A DNA stretch of 64,000 nt from an uncultured Pirellulaceae bacterium (GCA_964458385.1 CAYWIS010000003.1:1202-65201), one strand, 5' to 3'. Counted from the stretch's first letter, positions 54,178-64,000 are shown. Notes: generated from the letters alone by a model not told the origin. Numbers and translations are program-made.

Positions 54178-56370
54178 ATGAAACACGTTACCAGTGGCGG
54201 CGGCTGGCCAGCCATCTTGTATACCTTACGAAAGGCCCGACAAGCTGGCGGCTTTTGGAAGCTCTACAAGGCGATGCGGTCTCGCAATGCCTGTAAGACC
54301 TGCGCTCTTGGTATGGGGGGCCAGAAGGGAGGCATGGTCAACGAACGCGGCCATTTTCCCGAAGTATGCAAAAAGTCGCTCCAGGCGCAAGCATCAGATA
54401 TGCAAGCGGCCATTCCGGAGGACTTTTGGGCAACCTACAGTATCGCACAGCTTCAGCGATTCACTCCGCGAGAGCTGGAAACCCGCGGCCGGTTGGTGCA
54501 ACCGGTGTTGCTAGAGCGAAGCCAAAACTACTACCGGCCGATCAGCTGGAACGAAGCAATGGATCGCATTGTTTCCAAGCTGAAGCAACTTCGCGCTAAC
54601 GAAACCTTCTGGTACTTCAGTGGCCGCAGTTCCAATGAGGCCGGCTTTCTCCTGCAACTCTTCGCCCGGCTTTATGGAACGAACAATATCAATAATTGCA
54701 GCTACTATTGCCATCAGGCCAGTGGCGTGGGGTTAATGTCGTCGGTGGGCAGCGGAACGGCGACGTTAGTGCTAGACGATGTTGAGCGCGCCGACCTGGT
54801 ATTCGTGATCGGAGGCAACCCTCCCAGCAACCATCCTCGGTTAATGACCACCCTGATGCACGTCCGTCGGCGCGGGGGTGAAGTCATCGTAATTAACCCC
54901 GTAATTGAAACGGGGCTCGTCAAATTCCGCGTTCCAAGCAATGTGCGGAGTTTGCTCTTTGGCGACAAGATCGCCACATTGTATGTCCAGCCCGACATCG
55001 GCGGCGATTTAGCCCTCTTAACGGGCGTGGCTAAACGCATTGACGAGATGGGCGCCCAAGACGAGAACTTCCTTCGCAACTATTGCGAAGGGTACGACGC
55101 CTGGATTGCGCACGTGCGGCAGCTTTCTTGGTCCGAAATTCAAGCCAAGTCGGGAGTTTCCCAAGCCGACATTAATGCGATCGCCGAACGTTACGCCGCG
55201 GCCCAGAATGTGGTGTTCAGCTGGACAATGGGTGTTACCCATCACGCGCATGGCGTACAGAACGTGCAAGCCATTGTGAACCTCGCCCTGATGCGTGGCA
55301 TGGTTGGCCGTCCTAACGCGGGCTTGCTGCCGATCCGGGGACACTCAAACGTGCAAGGCATTGGGTCGATGGGTGTTACGCCCAAACTGCGCGATGAGAT
55401 ATTCGACCGCCTGCAACGCGAGTTCGGTGTTACACTGCCAACCACACCGGGCCTCGACACGCTTGGCTGCATGGAAGCGGCTCATGAAGGGCGGCTCAAA
55501 TTGGGCTTCTGCCTGGGAGGCAACCTCTACGGCTCGAACCCCGACGCCCACTTTGCGGCCTCCTCGCTCTCTCACCTGGAGATGCTCGTCTACCTGAATA
55601 CCACTCTTAATACAGGCCATGCCCATGGCTTGGCTGCCGAAACGATCATCCTCCCAGTGCTAGCCCGCGACGAAGAACCACAGCCGACCACACAGGAGTC
55701 GATGTTCAATTACGTGCGATTGAGCGATGGCGGGCCACGGCGGCACGAGGGCCCGCGAAGCGAAGTGCAAGTTATCGCGGAACTGGCGGAAGCGACACTC
55801 GGTCAAGGACCGATTGATTGGCGTTCCATGCGGAATACCGGCAAGATTCGGGAGGCTATCGCTAAGGTCATACCTGGCTTTGAGAAACTTGCCGAGATTG
55901 ATCGCACCAAACAGGAGTTTCAGATCGGCGGCCGCACTTTCCACGAGCCGCGTTTCGCCACCCCGACCGGCCGGGCGAAACTGCACATCCACGAACTGCC
56001 GGAATTGCGCGGCGGAGGCGACGAACTACGGTTGATGACCGTTCGCAGCGAAGGTCAGTTCAATACGGTAGTGTACGACGAAGACGATCTCTACCGCGGC
56101 CAAGATCGCCGCGACGTAATCCTACTTCACCCCGACGATATTGCGCGCCTGGGTCTCCAAGCCGACCAGCGAGTTACCGTTCGCAGCGAAGCTGGCGAAC
56201 TCGCGGGCATTATTGTGCGAGCCTTTCCACAGATAAAGCCAGGCAATGCGCTGATGTACTATCCCGAGGCGAATGTTCTGGTGCCTCGTCACGCCGATCC
56301 GCAATCGAAAACCCCGGCATTCAAAGGGATTCCGGTGAGCATCGAAACCCGCACTGCAGTCAAGGTATGA
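54178..56370 (+). CDS. FdhF/YdeP-family molybdopterin oxidoreductase
   Basis: ORF 54073..56370, with the start placed at the ATG at 54178 (MKHVTSGGGWPAILYTLRKA). It has the YdeP-type N-terminus NACKTCALGMGGQKGGMVNE, molybdopterin oxidoreductase blocks, and a C-terminal molydop-binding barrel. Confidence 0.88.
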   Translation: MKHVTSGGGWPAILYTLRKARQAGGFWKLYKAMRSRNACKTCALGMGGQKGGMVNERGHFPEVCKKSLQAQASDMQAAIPEDFWATYSIAQLQRFTPRELETRGRLVQPVLLERSQNYYRPISWNEAMDRIVSKLKQLRANETFWYFSGRSSNEAGFLLQLFARLYGTNNINNCSYYCHQASGVGLMSSVGSGTATLVLDDVERADLVFVIGGNPPSNHPRLMTTLMHVRRRGGEVIVINPVIETGLVKFRVPSNVRSLLFGDKIATLYVQPDIGGDLALLTGVAKRIDEMGAQDENFLRNYCEGYDAWIAHVRQLSWSEIQAKSGVSQADINAIAERYAAAQNVVFSWTMGVTHHAHGVQNVQAIVNLALMRGMVGRPNAGLLPIRGHSNVQGIGSMGVTPKLRDEIFDRLQREFGVTLPTTPGLDTLGCMEAAHEGRLKLGFCLGGNLYGSNPDAHFAASSLSHLEMLVYLNTTLNTGHAHGLAAETIILPVLARDEEPQPTTQESMFNYVRLSDGGPRRHEGPRSEVQVIAELAEATLGQGPIDWRSMRNTGKIREAIAKVIPGFEKLAEIDRTKQEFQIGGRTFHEPRFATPTGRAKLHIHELPELRGGGDELRLMTVRSEGQFNTVVYDEDDLYRGQDRRDVILLHPDDIARLGLQADQRVTVRSEAGELAGIIVRAFPQIKPGNALMYYPEANVLVPRHADPQSKTPAFKGIPVSIETRTAVKV

Positions 56371-56468
56371 TACACACCCTACCAACCGACTCGACTAGTG
56401 GGTGTTCATCCAACGAAATCAGCCCCGCAACAGCCGTAAGTGACGCCGGCGGTTTGCCCAGACGCATC

Positions 56469-57908
56469 TTACGCCAGCAGTTCCTTCACAACTTTTCCGT
56501 GTACGTCCGTCAGGCGGAAGTCGCGGCCAGCATGGCGGTAGGTAAGACGTTCATGGTCAAAACCTAAGAGGTGGAGAATCGTGGCTTGCAGATCGTGGAC
56601 ATGGACCGGTCGTTCGACCACATGAAAACCTAGTTCATCGGTGGCGCCGACCGTGACGCCCGGTTTGACCCCACCGCCAGCCAACCACATGGTAAAGGCT
56701 TGTGGATGATGATCACGCCCCTGCGAGCGGCCAAGCGCAGGATTAGACTCAACCATGGGAGTTCGCCCGAATTCCCCTCCCCAGATCACCAGCGTTTCGT
56801 CGAGCAAACCACGCCGCTTGAGGTCTTGAATCAAGGCGGCGCTCGCCTGATCAGTAGCAACGCAATTGTTGCGGTGGTTGCCCGCAACGTCGCTATGGGC
56901 GTCCCATCCTTCGTGGTAAATGTTCACAAATCGTACACCGCGCTCGATCATCCGCCGGGCAAGTAAACATGCCCGAGCAAACGACGGTTTGTCCGGATCA
57001 CAGCCATAAAGGTCGAGCGTCTCTTGTCCTTCACTGCGTAAATCCGTCAATTCGGGCGCAGAGGTTTGTAGGCGAAAGGCCATTTCGTACGCGGCAATGC
57101 GGGTAGCGATCTCTGGGTCGCCCTCGGCCTCCAATCGGCGGTGGTTAAATTTGGAAATCAGGTCAAGCGAGTCACGCTGGGCGTGCGCATCGATTCCCGG
57201 CGGACTCGATACATTCAAGATCGGGTCGCCCTGATTGCGAAACCGAACCCCTGTGTAAATCGTAGGCAGAAAGCCGCTCGACCAATTTGCAGCTCCACCG
57301 CTAATACCGCTGCCCGTGGACATGACCACATAGGCAGGCAGATCCTGTGTTTCGCACCCCAGCCCGTAGAGGACCCATGAACCCAGGCTAGGCCGGCCCG
57401 GTTGGGCAAAGCCGGTGTTGAGGAAAATCTGCGCCGGAGCATGGTTGAACTGGTCGGTATGGACAGATTTCACCAAGCAAATATCGTCCACAACCTTCGC
57501 CAAGTGCGGCAACGTCTCGGCCAGTTCGGCGCCACATTGGCCGTGCTTAGCGAACTTGAATCGCGGGCCAAGCACACCAGCGTCGGGCTGAATGAACGCG
57601 TAGCGTTGATCGCCAATCACCGATGGCGGCAACGGTTTCCCTTCCAACTTGACCAATTCAGGCTTGTAATCAAACAGGTCAAGTTGGCTCGGAGCGCCAG
57701 CCATAAACAGATGAATCACCCGTTTGGCCTTCGGTGCAAAGTGCGGAGGTTTTGGCGCTAAAGGGTTGGTTGCCGCCTGTGCTGAGGACGTCAACGCGCC
57801 GGTAATCAGCCCCCCTAGCGCGATCTTGCCGAGACCTACGCCGCATTCGCTCAAAAAGTAACGGCGGGAAACAGAATACAGCGCGTGGTTAGTAGAACGG
57901 TTCGACAT
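56469..57908 (-). CDS. DUF1501 domain protein (sulfatase-like fold, TAT signal)
   Basis: 479 aa. It has a twin-arginine-like leader ([14 protein letters not shown]) and the DUF1501 blocks [24 protein letters not shown] and GGEFGRTP...GRDHHP. Confidence 0.9.
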   Translation of the reverse strand: MSNRSTNHALYSVSRRYFLSECGVGLGKIALGGLITGALTSSAQAATNPLAPKPPHFAPKAKRVIHLFMAGAPSQLDLFDYKPELVKLEGKPLPPSVIGDQRYAFIQPDAGVLGPRFKFAKHGQCGAELAETLPHLAKVVDDICLVKSVHTDQFNHAPAQIFLNTGFAQPGRPSLGSWVLYGLGCETQDLPAYVVMSTGSGISGGAANWSSGFLPTIYTGVRFRNQGDPILNVSSPPGIDAHAQRDSLDLISKFNHRRLEAEGDPEIATRIAAYEMAFRLQTSAPELTDLRSEGQETLDLYGCDPDKPSFARACLLARRMIERGVRFVNIYHEGWDAHSDVAGNHRNNCVATDQASAALIQDLKRRGLLDETLVIWGGEFGRTPMVESNPALGRSQGRDHHPQAFTMWLAGGGVKPGVTVGATDELGFHVVERPVHVHDLQATILHLLGFDHERLTYRHAGRDFRLTDVHGKVVKELLA

Positions 57909-58009
57909 GACTTTATCTTCAAAGCCTTAACGACAATTCGACACGAGATTCGCCCACCGGCTAAGAACGGCAATATGATGCTCGTGTTAGCGTGCTCCAG
58001 GACGGTTTT

Positions 58010-61000
58010 TCAATTCCTCGTAATAAACTCGTCTAAGTTGAATAGAACACGGGCGACTAATGTCCAGGCAGCCTGCTCAGCCGCTTGAGGACCGTCGCCA
58101 GCGAGCGGTTTTGGACTCAGCTCGCCCGACGCAAAACGTTGTTTTTGCTGTTCGTAGAAAGCCAGTAAGTCGTTGCGTTCCTGTGTGCTTGGGGGACGCA
58201 CCAGGCAACGGCGGAATAGATCGTCCATGCGAACTTCGGTAGGGCGCATGTCTGCCGCGAAAGTCTTGCCGAGCGCCTGGGCCGCTTCTAGAAACATACT
58301 GTCATTCAAGAGTGTGAGGGCCTGAAGCGGCGTGTTCGAGACGTCTCGCCGAGCAACACAGGCCTCTCCGCTCGGAGCATCAAAGGTGGCGTACATAGCG
58401 AAGGGCGCTGTGCGTTTACTGTAGGTATAGAGGCTACGGCGGTAACGATCCTCACCTTGGCTCGCCTTCCACGGAAGCTGGCCATAGGTTCCTTCGGTGG
58501 TCACGCTCGCAGGTTGCGGCGGAAAGACGCTCGGACCGCCAATTTTGGGTGAAAGCAACCCACTTGCCCGCAATACGGAGTCGCGAATCAGTTCGGCCTC
58601 TAACCGCACCCGCGGACCGCGAGCCAGCAGTCGGTTTTGCGGATCTTTACTGAGTAGTTCCGGTGTCACACGGGACGATTGCCGATACGTTCCGCTGGTG
58701 ACAATCAAACGGTGGAGCTTCTTGAGCGACCAACCTTCTTGCATGAATTTGACCGCCAACCAGTCAAGTAGTTCTGGATGAGAAGGCAGCTCGCCCTGGA
58801 TTCCAAAATCGTCCACCGTGCGTACAATGCCCGTACCGAAGATGGCTGCCCATTGCCGGTTAACGATCACGCGCGCCGTGAGCGGGTTCTCAGGTGAAAC
58901 GAGCCATCGCGCAAACGTCAAGCGATTGCGCGGCGCACCTTGCGGCAATGGAGGCAGCACCGCAGGTACATCCGGCTCGACTTGCTCTTTGGGTTGCAGG
59001 AATTCGCCACGATGATGGCGGAAGGTCAGCCGGGGGTTTTCCGGCAGTCGTTCCTGCATAACCAGCGTGGTGGGATAGTGCGGTCGCTTTCGCAATTGGC
59101 GGATACGTTTGGCATGCTCCGCCAGCTCCGGTGTTTGAAGCAGGAACTCTTGCCGTAATCGCATGCGTTCCGCGTCAGTCAGTAGTTCGTCAGGGATCGC
59201 CAACAGCCTTTCAACTTCCTCGGGCAAATCACGAGCTTCACCACCCCGTGGATCCGTGGTGACCGAGATACGGAAGCGCCCCAGTGAACTTGCGAAATGG
59301 CGACCGAAGGTCATTCGCAGGTGAAGCTCGTTCGCATGAATCGGCTGTTCCAGAACGAACACTGCCGTGTGCCGCTCGCCTTGGCGACCATCAACAGACC
59401 AGCCGGTTTGCACGTCGCCGTCGATCGCCATTTGGGCAGCTCCCGGGTTGGCGCCAAAGCGATTCTTGGCGTAGGAGTGCGAGGCACGCGCGAACTTCGT
59501 TGGTTGCCCATCAGCGAAAAGCGCAAATTCCCCGAGAAAGAAGTCCCCTTTCGTTCCCTCATAGTACGTCATACCCGGACCGTGGGCAGGCAGCCGGTCG
59601 TCGGGCAGCGCTTCGAGGCGAATTGCGGTAATCGCTTGCTCAGGTGGATGGAAGGTCAATTCATAAATATCCTGTTTCGTTGTATCCCCCGAGGCAAATA
59701 CGGAATTGTCGTCCTGCACCATCAAATGTGGCGAGTTCGATTTCGCTGTCGTCGGACGCAATGCAGTCCAGGCAACGGTTCTCTCGCGTTCCTGTCTAAG
59801 CCAAGCGGCAAAGCGTTCATCTAGCGACGCCTGATCAGCCGGCCAATGGCGGGGCAACTCCGTCAGAAGACGCTCCGCTTCGTTCAGGTTCCGGGCATAA
59901 GCCGCGTCTAGTTCAGGACTAGGCAAGTCTAACTCCGGTTCATCGACGTTGTTCAACAACGCCATCAATCTGTAATACTCCTCCTGACTAATCGGATCGT
60001 ACTTGTGAGAGTGGCACTGAGCGCAACCGAGCGTTAACCCCAGCCATGTTGTACCGGTGGTCGCTACACGGTCGGTCATCGCATGGAAACGGAACTCCAA
60101 GGGATCGATTCCGCCTTCCTCGTTAAGCATCGTATTGCGATGAAATCCCGTTGCGACCCGCTGTTCGATGCTGGCGTTTGGCAGCATATCTCCCGCCAAC
60201 TGCTCGATCGTGAATTGATCAAACGGCATATCAGCGTTTAGCGCACGAATTACCCAATCGCGATATGGCCAGATCGAGCGGGGGCGGTCCTTCTCGTAAC
60301 CATTTGTATCTGCGTAGCGCGCTAAATCGAGCCATAACCTCGCCCAACGCTCGCCATAGTGCGGCGACTCAAGTAGCCGGTCGACCAGCGCTTCATACGC
60401 CTGTGGCGATGAATCGCTGAGAAACGCCTCGACTTCCTCTGGCGTAGGTGGTAGGCCAATCAGATCGAGATAAACGCGACGGATCAATGTGAAATTATCC
60501 GCCGGCGGCGAGGGGGCCAAACCTTCCGCCTCCAGCCGAGCGAGGATGAAATGGTCAATCTCGTTCCGCAGCCGCTTCGAATGTTTTACCGGGGGAGGCG
60601 GAACTTGCGCCGGCGCTACAAATGCCCAATGCTCGGAGTACTTCGCGCCCGAGGCAATCCAACGGCGCAACGTTTCTTTCTGCGTCGGTGAAAGCCGCAT
60701 TTTGGTCGACGGTGGCGGCATGCGTTCGTTTTCATCCCCCGACAAGATACGACGCAGCAGTTCGCTTTCTTCCGGCTTGCCGGGAACAATGGCGATCGCC
60801 CCCGAATCAGCGGGCTTCGTAGCATTCTCTCGCCGATCAAGGCGCAAGTTTGCTTCGCGGGTGCTTTCATCGGGACCATGACAGGTGAAGCAATATTGCG
60901 AGAGAATCGGACGCACGTCACGAATAAAGTCCGGTGTGGTCGATACGTTTCCCTCCTCGGCAGCCAGCAACACCGAACCGCAAGTCAGGAAGACGATCAA

Positions 61001-61018
61001 GGCAAGCGACGACTTCAT
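58010..61018 (-). CDS. PSCyt1/PSCyt2/PSD1 (DUF1549/DUF1553) protein with inserted discoidin-like module
   Basis: ORF 58010..61063, with the start placed at the ATG at 61018 (MKSSLALIVFLTCGSVLLAAEE signal). It has the CFTCHGPDESTREANLRLD heme motif, a DUF1549 block (SPHYGERWARLWLDLARYADT), CAQCHSHKYDPI, a central AIDGDVQTGWSVDG segment and DUF1553 blocks (NRQWAAIFG, NTPLQALTLLND). Confidence 0.9.
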   Translation of the reverse strand: MKSSLALIVFLTCGSVLLAAEEGNVSTTPDFIRDVRPILSQYCFTCHGPDESTREANLRLDRRENATKPADSGAIAIVPGKPEESELLRRILSGDENERMPPPSTKMRLSPTQKETLRRWIASGAKYSEHWAFVAPAQVPPPPVKHSKRLRNEIDHFILARLEAEGLAPSPPADNFTLIRRVYLDLIGLPPTPEEVEAFLSDSSPQAYEALVDRLLESPHYGERWARLWLDLARYADTNGYEKDRPRSIWPYRDWVIRALNADMPFDQFTIEQLAGDMLPNASIEQRVATGFHRNTMLNEEGGIDPLEFRFHAMTDRVATTGTTWLGLTLGCAQCHSHKYDPISQEEYYRLMALLNNVDEPELDLPSPELDAAYARNLNEAERLLTELPRHWPADQASLDERFAAWLRQERERTVAWTALRPTTAKSNSPHLMVQDDNSVFASGDTTKQDIYELTFHPPEQAITAIRLEALPDDRLPAHGPGMTYYEGTKGDFFLGEFALFADGQPTKFARASHSYAKNRFGANPGAAQMAIDGDVQTGWSVDGRQGERHTAVFVLEQPIHANELHLRMTFGRHFASSLGRFRISVTTDPRGGEARDLPEEVERLLAIPDELLTDAERMRLRQEFLLQTPELAEHAKRIRQLRKRPHYPTTLVMQERLPENPRLTFRHHRGEFLQPKEQVEPDVPAVLPPLPQGAPRNRLTFARWLVSPENPLTARVIVNRQWAAIFGTGIVRTVDDFGIQGELPSHPELLDWLAVKFMQEGWSLKKLHRLIVTSGTYRQSSRVTPELLSKDPQNRLLARGPRVRLEAELIRDSVLRASGLLSPKIGGPSVFPPQPASVTTEGTYGQLPWKASQGEDRYRRSLYTYSKRTAPFAMYATFDAPSGEACVARRDVSNTPLQALTLLNDSMFLEAAQALGKTFAADMRPTEVRMDDLFRRCLVRPPSTQERNDLLAFYEQQKQRFASGELSPKPLAGDGPQAAEQAAWTLVARVLFNLDEFITRN

Positions 61019-61153
61019 AACACGCACCGTAACAAGTAGGTCCCGTCGGTTCGACGGGACCATGTCCTTTGCGTTCAGGTTGTTCTCTTCGGTTACGCCC
61101 TAACTCTCGCAAACATGCTCGGCGACCATGCGTGTGGGAGCCTCTAGATCGCA

Positions 61154-62620
61154 TTACGCGATTAACTCTTCGACCACACGAGCGGGCTCCACGCCACTAA
61201 GGCGCTGGTCAAGTCCTTGGTGCTTGACGGTAAAGCGTTCATGGTCGAATCCCAGGAGCCGGAGCACCGTAGCGTGAAAATCGCGAATGTGGACGGGATC
61301 TTTCACAATGTTGTACGAGAAATCGTCCGTTTCCCCGTAGATTGTGCCTCCCTTCACGCCGCCGCCCGCCATCCACATCGTGAAGCAACGGGGATGGTGA
61401 TCGCGGCCGTAGTTCTGCATCGATAAGCCGCCTTGCGAGTATATCGTGCGTCCAAACTCACCTCCCCAAATGATAAGCGTCTCATCAAGAAGACCGCGTT
61501 GCTTAAGGTCCTGCACCAAACCGTAACACGGCTGGTCGATGTCCCGGCACTGATCGGGAAGACGTCCCGCGACGTTGGCGTGGGTGTCCCAATTGTTGTG
61601 ATAAATCTGAATAAACCGCACTCCGCGTTCGACCATACGTCGCGCGAGGAGAACCGTGTTAGCGAATGTGCCTGCCTTCCTGGCCGCTTCTCCGTAAAGC
61701 CGGAAGGTGCTTTCCGGTTCGCTGGCGAGGTTCGTAAGTTCCGGCACGCTGCTTTGCATGCGAAACGCCAGCTCATATTGCTGAATGCGGGTATGAGTTT
61801 CGGGATCGCCCACCTGGGCGTAATTCATCTCATTCAGCTTTTTCAGGCCATCCAGCGTCATGCGTCGCACCGCGCGCGGTACGCCTGGAGGATCGTTAAT
61901 GAAGAGAATTGGATCACCGCTGGTCCGAAAGCTCACACCCGCGTGTTTGCCCGGCAGAAAGCCCGAGGACCACAAACGAGCCGAAATCGCCTGCACTTGT
62001 TCCGTGTTCGTGGGTTGAGCAACAAGCACCACAAAGGTCGGCAGGTCCTCATTGAGCGAGCCCAAGCCATATGACGCCCACGCTCCCAGACACGGCTTAC
62101 CCGTAATTTGACTGCCGGTCTGGATGTAGCTGATCGCCGGCTCGTGGTTAATGGCCTCGGTGTGCATAGAACGGATGAAGGCCATGTCATCCACCATCTT
62201 GGCCGTCCATGGCAAGAGCTCGGTCACCCACATTCCGCACTCGCCATGCTGCGTAAACTTGTACTTCGAGGGGGCGATAGGAAAGCGGGCCTGACCGCTC
62301 GTCATGGTTGTAAGCCGCTGCCCCATTCGAATCGAATCGGGCAAGTCCTTATCGAACCACTCCTTCATTACGGGTTTATAGTCAAACAGATCCATCTGGG
62401 GCGGTCCGCCTACCATGTGAAGGTAGATCACATGCTTCGCCTTCGCCGGAAAGTGCTGTAAGGTCGGCGGATTAGCGGGGCCACCCTGCGGCGCAAATTC
62501 AGCCGCCTGCCCGCCGCGTCCCATTAAAGTCGACAACGCCGCCCAGCCGAGTACATGCGAGCCTTGCGCAAAGAAATGACGGCGCGTGATGTTCTGGCGG
62601 AACTCATGAAACGGAACCAT
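61154..62620 (-). CDS. DUF1501 domain protein
   Basis: 488 aa, a paralogue of 56469..57908 (YLHMVGGPPQMDLFDYKP, NWDTHA, GGEFGRT...GRDHHP). Confidence 0.9.
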   Translation of the reverse strand: MVPFHEFRQNITRRHFFAQGSHVLGWAALSTLMGRGGQAAEFAPQGGPANPPTLQHFPAKAKHVIYLHMVGGPPQMDLFDYKPVMKEWFDKDLPDSIRMGQRLTTMTSGQARFPIAPSKYKFTQHGECGMWVTELLPWTAKMVDDMAFIRSMHTEAINHEPAISYIQTGSQITGKPCLGAWASYGLGSLNEDLPTFVVLVAQPTNTEQVQAISARLWSSGFLPGKHAGVSFRTSGDPILFINDPPGVPRAVRRMTLDGLKKLNEMNYAQVGDPETHTRIQQYELAFRMQSSVPELTNLASEPESTFRLYGEAARKAGTFANTVLLARRMVERGVRFIQIYHNNWDTHANVAGRLPDQCRDIDQPCYGLVQDLKQRGLLDETLIIWGGEFGRTIYSQGGLSMQNYGRDHHPRCFTMWMAGGGVKGGTIYGETDDFSYNIVKDPVHIRDFHATVLRLLGFDHERFTVKHQGLDQRLSGVEPARVVEELIA

Positions 62621-62707
62621 AGCAAAGTCCTCAACGCGTCGATTAACTCTTGGAATGCACCGAATGTACGCGGCTCAAAACGTGATATTGCCGCACTTGC
62701 GTAAGGC

Positions 62708-64000
62708 CTATTTGTTCAGCACCTCGTCCAAGTTCATCAGCTCATTGCAGACCATAGTCCAAGCTGCTAATTCGCTGGGTTGAATGGCAGGATCAGCTTT
62801 CGACTCACCCACAGTGATAAGTTTTGCGGCGTCCTCCGGCGCTGACTGATAGTAGGCGGATAAGTCTTCAAGCGACTGGCGGATCACCTGTTTCTCCTCC
62901 TCCCGAAAGCTGCGAGCCAGGAGTCGTTTGCCGATCACGTCGAGTCGCCCATTGAATGTTTCGCCGCCTTCCTTGATTGCCGTCTGGGCCAAGTGACGGG
63001 CCGCTTCGATGAACTGTTCGTCGTTCAATGTCACCAATGCCTGAAGCGGCGTATTTGTACGCTCGCGACGGACAACGCAGTATTCCCGGTTGGGAGCATT
63101 GAAAATGTCCATCGATGCGGGCGGCGCCTGTCGTTTCCAGAATGTGTACATGCTGCGGCGATAAAGATTTTCGCCTGTGTCGCGCTGGTAGCTGCGCGTG
63201 TTACTCACATTCATGGCGATCGCCTCCCAAACGCCAGGCGGTTGGTATGGCTTGACGCTTGGCCCCCCGATCTTCTTTACCAACAAGCCGCTAGCGGCCA
63301 ACGCATAGTCACGGATCATTTCGGCGTCCATACGGAACCGCGGCCCGCGCGACAACAGTCGGTTGTCAGCATCCTTTTCTAGCTTCTCCGGTGTGACGTT
63401 GGCCGCTTGGCGGTATGTGGCCGAAGTGACCATCAGCCGGAACAGCTTCTTCACATCCCAGCCCGATTCGCGGAACTCCACCGCCAACCAATCGAGCAAC
63501 TCGGGATGCGACGGCAACTCGCCCGACACGCCAAAATCGCCGGTGGTGCGTACCAGGCCCGCGCCAAACACTTCCTGCCAGAAGCGGTTCACGGTCACAC
63601 GTGCTGTAAGTGGGTGTTCGGGCAGGAGCAGCCATTGAGCGAACCCTAACCGGTTGCGCGGCAGATGGTCAGGGAACGGAGGGAGCGCATCGGGCGTATC
63701 GGCGTTCACCTGCTCTCGGCGTTGATCGTATTCGCCGCGAAACAAAACGAATGCCGTCGCCGGCCCCTCTCTCTCTTGCATCACGTGAGCCACAGTAGCG
63801 CGGGACTTAATGTCGTTCTGTTCGCGCTCCAGTCGCGCGATTTCCTGGCTGATCGCCATCGATGGCGGATCGAGATTCAGCAGCCACCACCCAAAAAGCT
63901 CCTCGGTTTCCGCGTCTGTCCGTTGGTCTACAGACTTGGCCATGATCGAAGCGTACCGGGTAGCTTTCGCGAGCGTTTCCACTTCTTGCGGCGATAACGT
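62708..64000 (-). CDS. DUF1553 (PSD1) domain protein, 5'-truncated by window edge
   Basis: The frame stays open from 63982 to the window end, with no in-frame stop in 63983..64000. It has DUF1553 blocks (NRFWQEVFG, SHPELLDWLAVEF, NTPLQALVTLND). It precedes a DUF1501 gene, the canonical pair arrangement. Confidence 0.85.
   Translation of the reverse strand, partial: TLSPQEVETLAKATRYASIMAKSVDQRTDAETEELFGWWLLNLDPPSMAISQEIARLEREQNDIKSRATVAHVMQEREGPATAFVLFRGEYDQRREQVNADTPDALPPFPDHLPRNRLGFAQWLLLPEHPLTARVTVNRFWQEVFGAGLVRTTGDFGVSGELPSHPELLDWLAVEFRESGWDVKKLFRLMVTSATYRQAANVTPEKLEKDADNRLLSRGPRFRMDAEMIRDYALAASGLLVKKIGGPSVKPYQPPGVWEAIAMNVSNTRSYQRDTGENLYRRSMYTFWKRQAPPASMDIFNAPNREYCVVRRERTNTPLQALVTLNDEQFIEAARHLAQTAIKEGGETFNGRLDVIGKRLLARSFREEEKQVIRQSLEDLSAYYQSAPEDAAKLITVGESKADPAIQPSELAAWTMVCNELMNLDEVLNK

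Noticed and set aside
1-64000. CRISPR arrays, IS elements, integrases, prophage genes, rRNA/tRNA genes
   Set aside because: I saw no regularly spaced direct repeats, no transposase/integrase/recombinase-like ORFs and no rRNA or tRNA signatures in the intergenic regions. This was a visual scan only, so short or degenerate elements could have been missed.

Overview
This is a densely coding, moderately GC-rich chromosomal segment whose gene content looks like Planctomycetota (Pirellulales-like). That inference rests on hallmark families: three PSCyt/PSD1 (DUF1549/DUF1553) proteins, two DUF1501 partners, a membrane-bound-dehydrogenase/CxxCH heme protein, an SHD1 plus PQQ-like propeller protein, two Ser/Thr kinases and several TAT-signal Gfo/Idh/MocA oxidoreductases. 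I support about 45 CDS. Housekeeping genes recognised with confidence include trpD, glgP, nrdJ, rplU, aguA, an M32 carboxypeptidase, an M50 protease, MoxR and Nif3. I found no rRNA, tRNA, CRISPR array, transposase or integrase. The most unusual locus lies at 7.5-9.7 kb on the minus strand. A 55-aa ORF ending in ...HGGE, which resembles the prokaryotic ubiquitin-like protein Pup, sits upstream of a PafA/Dop-family (Pup ligase/deamidase fold) protein. That ligase carries a roughly 115-residue multi-helix hydrophobic insertion, and the two genes are separated by a textbook intrinsic terminator. No proteasome, Mpa/ARC or second ligase paralogue lies in the window. Secondary observations are listed here.
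- An unlisted 55-aa Cys-rich zinc-ribbon ORF.
- A possible distant BshC-like protein.
- An FwdC/FhcC-like protein next to a YdeP-type molybdopterin oxidoreductase.
- Tandem NrdR-box-like palindromes in a long AT-rich nrdJ leader.
- A kinase with a degenerate receiver domain.
- A roughly 1 kb gene-poor stretch flanked by small uncharacterised ORFs.
All functional calls come from motif recognition by eye, and no database search was run.
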